Assembly: GCA_034660375.1 (NCBI GenBank)
Contig: JAYEIY010000132.1
Span: 1 to 34,913 of the forward strand
DNA from: Verrucomicrobiota bacterium
GTDB taxonomy: Bacteria > Verrucomicrobiota > Lentisphaeria > UBA2565 > JAYEIY01
DNA: 34,913 bases
Reading direction: 5' to 3'
Position 1 is the stretch's first letter. Each line of letters opens with the position of its first letter. The notes under the pieces were generated by a model. The model was given only the letters and a program-made list of their open reading frames with translations, was not told the origin of the DNA and searched no databases. Below, piece by piece: positions 1 to 8,305 of this stretch. Both the position numbers and the translations under genes were made by a program.

Positions 1-18
1 TTCTTTTCTTATTCATAT

Positions 19-64
19 CCCACCGCGATGCGGTGGGCTACGGTGAATATCCCCGCTGGGGATA
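19..64 (-). repeat. GTAG-type REP-like double hairpin
   Basis: Minus strand reads GTAG (41-38) directly followed by the perfect hairpin CCCACCGC-ATC-GCGGTGGG (37-19). A second hairpin TATCCCC-GCT-GGGGATA lies at 48-64. GC-rich patch in AT-rich DNA. Confidence 0.6.
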
Positions 65-119
65 AAACGGATATTCTTTCTTAAGAATTGACCTTAGATG
101 AGGTGGAATAATATCCTGG

Positions 120-170
120 ATAAAAAAAGGGAATCTGAGTTGCTCGATAACTTGGAGCTCTGGATAACTG
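120..170. repeat. 51-bp direct repeat, copy 1
   Basis: ATAAAAAAAGGGAATCTGAGTTGCTCGATAACTTGGAGCTCTGGATAACTG matches 1277-1327 at 44/51 positions without gaps (manual alignment). Confidence 0.85.
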
Positions 171-556
171 GACCAATTAATTTTTCTAAACTCTCGAAGG
201 ATATGTGTTTACTCTGTTCTATATTAACTCCGCCAAGCAGAAAGTGACTTAACCATTGTTTATTTAAATTGTTTTCAGAGTCTTTTTCTGGAAAAAGCAG
301 ATCTATCCAGGGAGAAAACAAAAGAAGACCACAATGTTGTAATAATCTGGGCTGGCTACAGATTTCAACTCCACTTAAAGGTAGCCCTAAAAAGGGAAAA
401 TAGTTGCTCGATGGAGATAAAGTTTGACCTGGAATAGAACTTTTAACGCAACTGTCATTCCCTTTTTTGTCATTTTTATCTTCTTCTATCTGTTCCGTTT
501 TTCCAATATTTTCGGTTGTTATTGATTCTTTTGTCTTTTGAATAGTTTGCAAATGA

Positions 557-708
557 TTTGATTCATTTTCAGTAGAAACATTTGATTTATTTTCATCAGG
601 AACGTTAGACTCACTTTCAGTAGAAACGTTTGACTCATTCTCATTAGGAACTTTTGACTCATTCTCATTAGGAACTTTTGACTCATTCTCATTAGGAACT
701 TTTGACTC
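557..708. repeat. 24-bp coding tandem repeat (VNTR), about 6.3 units encoding ESKVPNEN-like octapeptides
   Basis: Three identical units TTTGACTCATTCTCATTAGGAACT at 629-700, three diverged units at 557-628 and a partial unit at 701-708. Confidence 0.95.
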
Positions 709-1276
709 GTGTTCTTCTTGAGTTTCTTCTATCAAAAATAATTGCCTTAACCTCTCACCGGAAACGGAAATATTATACCTATCTTCAATAGCCTCTACTG
801 CAAGTTGTCGATAATTCTTAACTTTACCTTTAAAAAAATGATAGACTCCTTTTGCATAACCCAATACTTCGCTAGTAAGCTTCAATTTGTTTGCATTACC
901 AGCAAAAACACGATTCATTTCTTCCACGGAACCCAATTTTAAAGCTTTTCCCTATTTACGAATAGTTTTTTCACTTACACCAAAGACTTGGCTTAAATTA
1001 TTTAATCTATACCCAGTATTATAGAAACGACCGACAAGTATTTTGAAGACAATATGATTTTTGTCATGTGGCAGGCGCTCAATCTCAGCCAACCCAATTA
1101 ACACAGACCAATAAGTTTCTTCATGCTCATTGACTGTTTTTAATACTGTTAAATCAAGACTTCCATTTGCAGGAAGTAAAATTTGCTGTATCTTGTTTTT
1201 CATTGAATACCTTTTTTTTTGATTTTTGATGATGAAATTAATATGGTATTCAATGTCCATTATTTCAAGTTTTTAT

Positions 1277-1327
1277 ATAAAAAAAGGGAAACTGAGTTGC
1301 TCGTAAACTATGAGTTCTGGATAACAG
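1277..1327. repeat. 51-bp direct repeat, copy 2
   Basis: ATAAAAAAAGGGAAACTGAGTTGCTCGTAAACTATGAGTTCTGGATAACAG, immediately upstream of the minus-strand pseudogene. Confidence 0.85.
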
Positions 1328-1528
1328 AATTAAATTCAGAAAATTTATCTTTATCTGATGCATAGTTTCTGATTCTATGGCGTATTAATTTTGATTTTTT
1401 AAAGAAAAAATATTGCCTCATGTAAATTTGCCTTTTTTGAATATTGTAAGGTCAATGTATTTCTAAAAAGGGGTGAAAAAAAGAGGGGGGGCAGTGTGTA
1501 GGCACTACTGAATATGTACCTGTTTTCT

Positions 1529-3751
1529 TTATTTTGTTGTAAACTTATAGACTCCATCCCAGTTTTCTGGAGGTGGATTTTCTTTAAAGTGCTCTAGACG
1601 TTCCAGGTATGCATCATAGAGAGGGTGTGGCTTTTTATTATTAAGTTTTGTAATTATATTGATACTTTCGTCAAATTTCATATTAAAATAAGATTTGAGT
1701 GCTTTTTCGAAAGAATCCACTTCTTCTTTTAGTTTTGGATTAGGGATGCCTTCCAGTAAAGGTTCATAAATGTTGACAGGTTGAGTTCTTCCTTTTACTA
1801 TAATTTTATCTATATAACGAGAGTAAAATTTATCTCCGGCTGCTTTTCTGGTTGCTTCTGAGATAAGAAATGAAAGTCCATATTTTTTTCCCGCACTTTC
1901 AAGTCTGGCAGCAAGGTTTACATTATCTCCCATCATTGTGTAGGCAAAATGATTTTTGCTTCCCATGTTTCCAACACTCATCATTCCGGAATTTAAGCCG
2001 ATTCTTATAAATATTTCGGGGAGGCCTCTGGCTTTCCATATTTTCCGCATTTTTTTTAATTTATTCAGCATGATCAAACCGCTCCTTACTGCATCCTCTG
2101 CATGGTTTGGATTGTCAAGAGGAGCTCCATATATTGCGACAACAGCATCTCCAATAAACTTATCTATCATTCCTTTGTTCTGCATGGCTATATCTGACAT
2201 AGCACTCAAGTATTCGTTAAGAAATGTACTGAGTTCTTTTGCTGTCATTTTTTCTGAAAATGTGGAAAAGGACTGTATATCCGAAAAAAATGCAGTTATT
2301 ACTTTTTCTTCTCCATCCAGAGTCAGTTTTCCAGGATCCTGGGTCATTTCAGCAACAACGTCTTCGGAGACGTAGTGAGAAAATGCGGAATGTATGAATC
2401 TTTTTTCTCTACCTTCAAGGAAATAATTCATGAGTAAGACAAGTAAAAAGAGAAGAGTAATAGATATAAGAACATATCCGGTCCAGAGAATATTATTATT
2501 AAGGAAAAACACATAATAATTGACAAAGAAAATGGAAAGAATGAGAATAAAACCGAATATACCTGCAATGATAGGTCGTGTGAATGTAAGCAAAATGATT
2601 AGGAGTATTCCCATAACAAGTAAAACAGTTATAGAAAGAGAAACTTCTGTTTTTTTTATATGCTCCATCGGATCTGCTTTTAGGATATTGTCCAGCTGAG
2701 TTGCCAAGATTTCAACCCCTGGGAAAACACCGCTGTAAGGAGTTGCTCTCAAGTCAAGCAATCCTAGTGCAGATGTTCCGACAAGAACATACTTATTTCT
2801 TAGTTTTTTTGGAGGGACAGTCCCTTCAAGAATGTCTGCTACAGAAATATATTCGAAAGTTTCATGTGGTCCTCGAAAATTAAGAAACATTTCTCCTTTC
2901 TCGTTTACGGGGATTACTTCTTTTCCCAGTCTAATGCTCATAAGGGATCCATCTTTACTACTGGTGCATAGTGTAATATCACTTGCTGAACCTATTCTTG
3001 CCATTTCCAGGGGCAGGGATGGATAAACTCGGTTTTTATATCTGATTAAAAGTGGAACTTTGCGAACTATTCCAGATCTATCCGGGGCGGAATTGAAAAA
3101 TCCTTCACTTAGTGCTGAGTTACATATAGACAAGATATTGAGGAGTGGTCTTTTTGCTCTGGTAAAAGGAATATTTGCTAATTTGTCATCTTTTATTTCC
3201 AGAGAAAATTCAGGAAAAGGTAAGACATCAACATCTTCGTATGTCTCTCCCTCTTTTATTAGAATAAAAACATAACCCAATACTGTATTTGTATCAGCGA
3301 CCGCCTCACCAAGTACCCAGTCATTATCAAGTTCTCGTTGAGAAAGATCTATTTTTTCGGGAAGATAGTTTTTGAGAGGAGGGATATAGTTCTTCAGAGA
3401 TGTTTTATCGGCTTCTCCAAAAACAATGTCAAGGCCGGTTACTTTTACTTCATATTCGTCAAGCTTTCTAAGAAGTTTTGCCATTACCGTGCGAGGCCAG
3501 GGCCATTGCCCGAATTTTTGAAGACTTTTTTCATCTATATCAACAATTACTATTTGTGAATCGACCATAGTAATGCCTCTCTGACGAAACATGTTGTCTA
3601 TAATCCCATGGTTTAAAAAAGCTACCTTTTCTGAAATAGGGTCGCCATAAAAAACGTTGACAATATAGAGAAAAATGAAGACAAAAAGTATCATTATCCC
3701 AAAAAAGAAAGAGCGTGATCCTTTGAAAAACTTTTTTAATTTATTAAACAT
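1529..3751 (-). CDS. CHASE2-domain membrane adenylate/guanylate cyclase (class III)
   Basis: N-terminal TM, CHASE2 motifs (IVIVDIDEKSL, GQWPWPR, GLDIVF, DLRATP, PGVEI), three TM helices, cyclase motifs FSDIQSFS, DKFIGDAV, GDNVNLAARLE. Confidence 0.95.
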   Translation of the reverse strand: MFNKLKKFFKGSRSFFFGIMILFVFIFLYIVNVFYGDPISEKVAFLNHGIIDNMFRQRGITMVDSQIVIVDIDEKSLQKFGQWPWPRTVMAKLLRKLDEYEVKVTGLDIVFGEADKTSLKNYIPPLKNYLPEKIDLSQRELDNDWVLGEAVADTNTVLGYVFILIKEGETYEDVDVLPFPEFSLEIKDDKLANIPFTRAKRPLLNILSICNSALSEGFFNSAPDRSGIVRKVPLLIRYKNRVYPSLPLEMARIGSASDITLCTSSKDGSLMSIRLGKEVIPVNEKGEMFLNFRGPHETFEYISVADILEGTVPPKKLRNKYVLVGTSALGLLDLRATPYSGVFPGVEILATQLDNILKADPMEHIKKTEVSLSITVLLVMGILLIILLTFTRPIIAGIFGFILILSIFFVNYYVFFLNNNILWTGYVLISITLLFLLVLLMNYFLEGREKRFIHSAFSHYVSEDVVAEMTQDPGKLTLDGEEKVITAFFSDIQSFSTFSEKMTAKELSTFLNEYLSAMSDIAMQNKGMIDKFIGDAVVAIYGAPLDNPNHAEDAVRSGLIMLNKLKKMRKIWKARGLPEIFIRIGLNSGMMSVGNMGSKNHFAYTMMGDNVNLAARLESAGKKYGLSFLISEATRKAAGDKFYSRYIDKIIVKGRTQPVNIYEPLLEGIPNPKLKEEVDSFEKALKSYFNMKFDESINIITKLNNKKPHPLYDAYLERLEHFKENPPPENWDGVYKFTTK

Positions 3752-3761
3752 TATATTTTAT

Positions 3762-4241
3762 TTAGAATTTTCTTTTTATTCTCATTTGATATGTTTTGAA
3801 TCTTCTTTCGTTAATATCGGATCTGTCTTTTGCTTCTTTTATTATTTCTTTTGCTTTGTCATATTTCTTTAGAGTTAAATAATTATCGCATTGGTCGATC
3901 AGAGAAGCTTCGTTGAGCTTACCAAATTCAGTTGCTTTTTCATAAGTTTGAGCACTTTCAATATACTTACTTTTATCTCCGCTTATTGCTTTTATGTGTA
4001 GATCTGAAGCAATAAACTGGTAGGCATTGCTAACATTTTTTTTGTCGACACCTTTTTGTTCAGGATATTTTTTCCAAAATGTTTCGTAGCCTTTTGTTAT
4101 TTCTTCCCACTTTTGATTGGAATAGAGCCCCCGTAATCTGTTCAATTCTTTGGTTTGTACCTTGATAAGTGACATTTGTTTATAGCCGAAATAGACTCCT
4201 ATACAGATTGCGATGATGATGACGAACTTTATAAATCCCAT
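3762..4241 (-). CDS. Membrane-anchored helical (TPR-like) hypothetical protein
   Basis: Likely ATG at 4241 (MGFIKFVIIIAICIGVYFGY anchor) after a purine-rich RBS. Helical-repeat-like C-terminus (YLTLKKYDKAKEII). Ends 10 bp before the cyclase start. Confidence 0.7.
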   Translation of the reverse strand: MGFIKFVIIIAICIGVYFGYKQMSLIKVQTKELNRLRGLYSNQKWEEITKGYETFWKKYPEQKGVDKKNVSNAYQFIASDLHIKAISGDKSKYIESAQTYEKATEFGKLNEASLIDQCDNYLTLKKYDKAKEIIKEAKDRSDINERRFKTYQMRIKRKF

Positions 4242-4303
4242 AATTGTTTTAATCCTTTTTCCTCTTTTTTGTTTGTAGTTAGACCCTGTAATAGGCTCGC
4301 ATG

Positions 4304-4328
4304 AGTTCAAAATCAGAGATTTTGAACT
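4304..4328. other. Perfect intergenic inverted repeat (11-bp stem, 3-nt loop)
   Basis: AGTTCAAAATC-AGA-GATTTTGAACT between folC and the TPR-like gene. Could be a terminator, operator or REP-like element. Confidence 0.5.
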
Positions 4329-4531
4329 TTATTTAAAATGAATACGGACTCGTTAATAATAATTTTAAGTGTTATTTACTCAAAAACACAACTCAAAACA
4401 GAAACAGGCAGTCTACGAAAAGCCTTTGAATAAAGTGAAAAAAGCTTTTCGTGCAATGTCTAATTAAGTCAGTATCTTTAGGTAAAAATACATCATAGTC
4501 TATCTTTTTCAATATTTTTATTGCTTTCTTT

Positions 4532-5908
4532 TCAGAGAGTACAGGTTGAGAAACTGTCTGTTTTCAAAATAGGAGGTATATAATCTTTCCCATAGAGGAT
4601 TGTCATTATCTCTCCGGCTAGGTAAAGAGAACCAGTAATTAAAGGCGATCGCATGGACTCTATAACTTTGAGTGCCTTTTCTGGTTCTTTTTCTAAATGG
4701 ATTTTTGTATTAGAATATTTGTTTTTAATTTGTTTAAATATTTTTTCTGGAGAAGATGGATATCGTCCTTTTACTGCTGTAATTATGATTGAGTCACATA
4801 TTTCTTGAAGAGTATCTAAATAACAAAGATAATCCTTATTGTTCATTATGCCTACTATAGCATTCCATTTTCTGTCTGGGAAGGCATCTTTCAGAGATTT
4901 TACGAGTGCTGATGCTGCATTGGGGTTATGAGCACCATCGATAAGTATATTTCCTTTTAAAAACTGAAGTCGTGCGGGCCAAAGAGCATTTTTCATGTAT
5001 TTTACAGTTTCGCAAATATTGTCTATTATTTTTATTTTATGCAGAATATGAAGGACGGCGCATGCAGTTGCAATATTATCAGCCTGATATGTCCCCCATA
5101 AATTGTTTTTTACGGTATATTTTTTTTCTGCTATAAGTATTTGTGTATTCATTTGAAATTGTGGAATTGCAGAATTGCAGAACTGCGGGAGTGATATATA
5201 AGATGTCTTTAAAATAAAAAAGTCCTTATCACGTAAGAGTATTTCACTTTGTTGCTTTTTTGCTTGCTTTAAGATTACTTTCTGGGCTTCCGGATTTTTA
5301 GATCCACAGACTACAGGACAATTTTTCTTTATTATTCCTGCTTTTTCCATTGCAATTTCCTGTATATTGTTTCCCAAATATTCTGAATGTTCCAGCCCTA
5401 TTTCTGTTATTACTGAAATGAGCGGAGATACAATATTTGTTGAATCCAAGCGTCCCCCCATTCCAGTTTCCCAGATAACAATATCTACTTTTTCCTTAGC
5501 AAAATAAATTAGTGCAGCAGCCGTCAGAGCCTCAAAGTATGTGGGCATAAAGTCGGGAGTGTTTTTTTGTATGATTTTTGTTTTTTTAGATATTTTTTCA
5601 ATGACGGCAGAAAATGCAGTTTCTGTTATTGTTTTTCCATTGATGCGTATTCTTTCGCGTACTGTTATGAGGTCCGGAGATGTAAAAATGGCCGTTTTTT
5701 TTCCGCAACCCGTGAGAGCAGCATGTAAAAGGGTAGATACAGAACCTTTTCCATTTGTTCCGGCGACATGTATGAATTTGAGCTTTTCGTGCGGAGAATT
5801 CAGTTCTGTTAGGAGTTTTTCTATATTTTTAAGACCGAGTTTTATCCCGAACAACTGTAATTCATTTAGATATTGCAAGGCATCTTGGTATTTCATTTTA
5901 AATTCCAT
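4532..5908 (-). CDS. folC: Bifunctional folylpolyglutamate synthase/dihydrofolate synthase
   Basis: IHVAGTNGKGS, ERIRING, TYFEALT, ETGMGGRLDSTN, IAMEKAGIIK, DGAHNP, TGSLYLAGE motifs. Confidence 0.97.
   Translation of the reverse strand: MEFKMKYQDALQYLNELQLFGIKLGLKNIEKLLTELNSPHEKLKFIHVAGTNGKGSVSTLLHAALTGCGKKTAIFTSPDLITVRERIRINGKTITETAFSAVIEKISKKTKIIQKNTPDFMPTYFEALTAAALIYFAKEKVDIVIWETGMGGRLDSTNIVSPLISVITEIGLEHSEYLGNNIQEIAMEKAGIIKKNCPVVCGSKNPEAQKVILKQAKKQQSEILLRDKDFFILKTSYISLPQFCNSAIPQFQMNTQILIAEKKYTVKNNLWGTYQADNIATACAVLHILHKIKIIDNICETVKYMKNALWPARLQFLKGNILIDGAHNPNAASALVKSLKDAFPDRKWNAIVGIMNNKDYLCYLDTLQEICDSIIITAVKGRYPSSPEKIFKQIKNKYSNTKIHLEKEPEKALKVIESMRSPLITGSLYLAGEIMTILYGKDYIPPILKTDSFSTCTL
5154..5193 (-). 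repeat. Octamer microsatellite (CAATTCNN-like) x5 inside folC
   Basis: Minus strand CACTCCCG CAGTTCTG CAATTCTG CAATTCCA CAATTTCA, encoding SLPQFCNSAIPQFQ. Confidence 0.75.
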
Positions 5909-6003
5909 AAAAAAGTAGATTTAAACTATACTAAACAGCTTTTCGATATAAATTAAACCAAATTTCCGTTTTTGCCAATATTTTAATTAAACTACATATT
6001 CAA

Positions 6004-6771
6004 ATGCAATTTTTAGATCGTTTAGAACAAAACTTTGGAAAATTTGCGATACAAAAGCTTCCCCTTTATCTGGCTGTTGCACAGCTTGTTTGTTTTTTTT
6101 ATGCCAGTGCTCATGGAGGTATTGCATTTCTAAACCATCTCGTTCTTAATTCTACGGCTGTTATGCAGGGTGAGATCTGGCGACTCTTTACTTTTGTTAT
6201 TATCCCACCAGGAGTCCAGAATCTTTTTGCTCTTTTTGGGATATATTTTGTTATATACTTCATGGGGTCGGCTCTTGTTGAGGAATGGGGAGACTTTAAA
6301 TTTACCTTTTTTGTTTTTTCCGGGTGGCTGATGACAGTTGTCGCATCTTTTTTCTTTCCTTATAACATATTGACAAATGTTTTTCTTGAGACATCCATTA
6401 TACTTGCTTTTGCATACCTCCTCCCCAATTTTGAATTTTATCTCTTTTTTGTACTCCCCATAAAAATAAAGTATTTGGCATATTTTATCTGGGCAGGGCT
6501 TGTTATTTCTTTAGTATTTGCTCCTTGGTCGCAGCGAATTTGCCTCCTTGCATCTTTAACAAATTACTTTATCTTTTTTGGGAAAGACATTTATATGAAC
6601 ATGAAAGCGGGAAAAAGAAATATGAAGCAGCAGGTAGAACAAATTAAAATATCAAAAAAAGCCTTTCACGTTTGTAATGAATGCGGTGTTACAGATAAGG
6701 ATGAACCTGGGAAAGAATTTAGAATATCATCACAGGATGGAGAAGAATACTGTCTTGAACACCTTCCATAA
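6004..6771 (+). CDS. Rhomboid-like multi-pass membrane protein with C-terminal Cys/His (Zn-binding-like) motif
   Basis: GEIWRLFTF loop motif, EWGDFKF, FFVLPIKIKYLA, about 6 TM segments, C-terminal HVCNECG...EYCLEH. Confidence 0.75.
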   Translation: MQFLDRLEQNFGKFAIQKLPLYLAVAQLVCFFYASAHGGIAFLNHLVLNSTAVMQGEIWRLFTFVIIPPGVQNLFALFGIYFVIYFMGSALVEEWGDFKFTFFVFSGWLMTVVASFFFPYNILTNVFLETSIILAFAYLLPNFEFYLFFVLPIKIKYLAYFIWAGLVISLVFAPWSQRICLLASLTNYFIFFGKDIYMNMKAGKRNMKQQVEQIKISKKAFHVCNECGVTDKDEPGKEFRISSQDGEEYCLEHLP

Positions 6772-6791
6772 ATAATTGGAGATTTTTTTTA

Positions 6792-8129
6792 ATGAGTACG
6801 AGAAGAAAACTTAGTAAAATTTTGACAATTGCGGGAAATACTTTAAGGTTAATATTTAGAGGGGGAGCAGGCATAGGAACCTTATTTATTTTGATTCTTG
6901 TAGGAATTTTTATTTTTTCGGCTGCAAAGGCAGATGAAGTCCTTATTAACGAGATCCGTCTGCGTTTTAGGTATAGTTTATATTTTTCGACAACAATTCT
7001 GAGTATGGCAACTCTATGGTTTTCCTGTGTAACTGTTAGGAAAGATATTGATGGAAAACAGATGCACGCCCTTGTTTCTTTCCCTATTTCCAGAGTGCAG
7101 ATTTGGATTGGCAAATGGCTTGGAATTTTTACATTTGCGTCCATTGCTTTGTTCTGTTGTATCCTTACATCAGGTCTTTGTGCATTAGTTTTTACAATGA
7201 ATTGGGAAAATAAGACTGAAATAACTGAAATGTTAAAAAGTATTAATCCAGTTTACTCTATTTGTCAGCCGGAAGGAAGATCTGTTGAAATAAAAGTAGA
7301 TATAGCCTATTCTAAATTAAAGGCAACAGGAAAACTTCCCCCAAATGAAACAGAAACACAAATAAGAAAAAATCTTTTTCTTAAATTTAGAAGAGAAGAA
7401 CAATTGTTGCCAGCAGGAACAGGGCGAACATGGGAATTTAATCTTAAAAAAAGACCACAAGGGAAATCCATTTCTTTTAGATATAAGTTCTACACACAAA
7501 GACGTAAAAAACTTGCTGGAAAATGGATTGTAGAAACACCAGGAAAAATTGAGAGATATGAAGTAAAATTTAACAAATATCCCTATAGAATACATACCGC
7601 AGAGATTCCCGTCTCCATGATTCCTAAAAATAATTTCACCGTATCCTTTATCCCGATAACCAAAAAAGATATCATTTTCCCCGGAGAAGAGGGGCTTCGC
7701 GTATACTACAAGACCGGCACTATCTTGGGCAATGCAACTATGATGTTCTTTTTGTTTTTACTACACCTCGGGACTGTTGTAGCTCTCGGGCTTACATTTG
7801 GAACCGTATTTACATTTTCTGTAGCAACTTTTGTTTCGCTGATTTTTTATTTCTTGGGAATGGGTAGCTCTTTCTTTGAAAATATTGCCAATAATACCAT
7901 GAACTCAGAAGAAGGAACCCTCCATTTTTTTTCAAATTTATTTTTATGCATAGGTGTTTGGCTTACAAAAGGTATCAGTCCTTCACCAGTAATTGGTCCA
8001 TTTTCCGAAAATCTTTCTGTAAGCGCAGGCTTGCAATCCTGGTTGCCAGAACTTATCCTATATTTTTTAGTCGTAGCAATAATCGGAATGATTTTTTTGT
8101 CTAGAAAGGAACTTGACAGATTGCATTAA
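6792..8129 (+). CDS. ABC-2-type transporter permease-like membrane protein
   Basis: KDIDGKQMHALVSFPISRVQIWIGKWLG permease signature, 3 N-terminal TMs, large soluble loop, 3 C-terminal TMs ending SRKEL. Confidence 0.75.
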   Translation: MSTRRKLSKILTIAGNTLRLIFRGGAGIGTLFILILVGIFIFSAAKADEVLINEIRLRFRYSLYFSTTILSMATLWFSCVTVRKDIDGKQMHALVSFPISRVQIWIGKWLGIFTFASIALFCCILTSGLCALVFTMNWENKTEITEMLKSINPVYSICQPEGRSVEIKVDIAYSKLKATGKLPPNETETQIRKNLFLKFRREEQLLPAGTGRTWEFNLKKRPQGKSISFRYKFYTQRRKKLAGKWIVETPGKIERYEVKFNKYPYRIHTAEIPVSMIPKNNFTVSFIPITKKDIIFPGEEGLRVYYKTGTILGNATMMFFLFLLHLGTVVALGLTFGTVFTFSVATFVSLIFYFLGMGSSFFENIANNTMNSEEGTLHFFSNLFLCIGVWLTKGISPSPVIGPFSENLSVSAGLQSWLPELILYFLVVAIIGMIFLSRKELDRLH

Positions 8130-8226
8130 TCAGTTTTTCCAAATAACTCACAATCTCTCAACCCTCTACTTTTTAACTGAAAATTTCTATAAAAAGTACT
8201 TTTCTCAAAAAAAAACTGGAAAAAAT

Positions 8227-8254
8227 TTGTATTTTAAATAATTCGCTTTAATTT
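8227..8254 (+). promoter_or_regulatory. Putative sigma70 promoter of rpsA
   Basis: TTGTAT-N16-TAATTT about 50 bp upstream of the start, A-rich upstream. Pattern match only. Confidence 0.35.
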
Positions 8255-8305
8255 AGCGAGCCGAGGGAAAAATGTACGTTCATCAAGCAACTATTAAGGT
8301 TAATA

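Larger units (their letters stand above)
94..1260 (-). pseudogene. Disrupted HTH-containing, transposase-like gene (ORFs 952..1260 and 94..936 are one frame split by a TAG; apparently 3'-truncated)
   Basis: Minus strand reads ...GVSEKTIRK*GKALKLGSVEEM in frame. The stop sits where an HTH recognition helix usually has Trp (TGG>TAG). The last ~24 codons come from a repeat copy and flanking DNA. No catalytic domain is visible, so the transposase call is inference. Confidence 0.55.

Noticed and set aside
952-954. Amber recoding (pyrrolysine or alternative genetic code) at the in-frame TAG
   Set aside because: TAG is the normal stop for secE, rplL, rpsG and rplC in this window and no pyl genes are visible. 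A nonsense mutation is simpler.
87-1456. 10-bp inverted repeat ATTGACCTTA (87-96) / TAAGGTCAAT (1447-1456) as IS terminal repeats
   Set aside because: It does not extend beyond 10 bp, no target-site duplication is evident, and chance occurrence in AT-rich DNA is plausible.
4242-4310. Longer TTG-initiated N-terminus of the TPR-like ORF
   Set aside because: ATG at 4241 has a better RBS and puts the hydrophobic anchor at the N-terminus. The extension runs into an intergenic hairpin.
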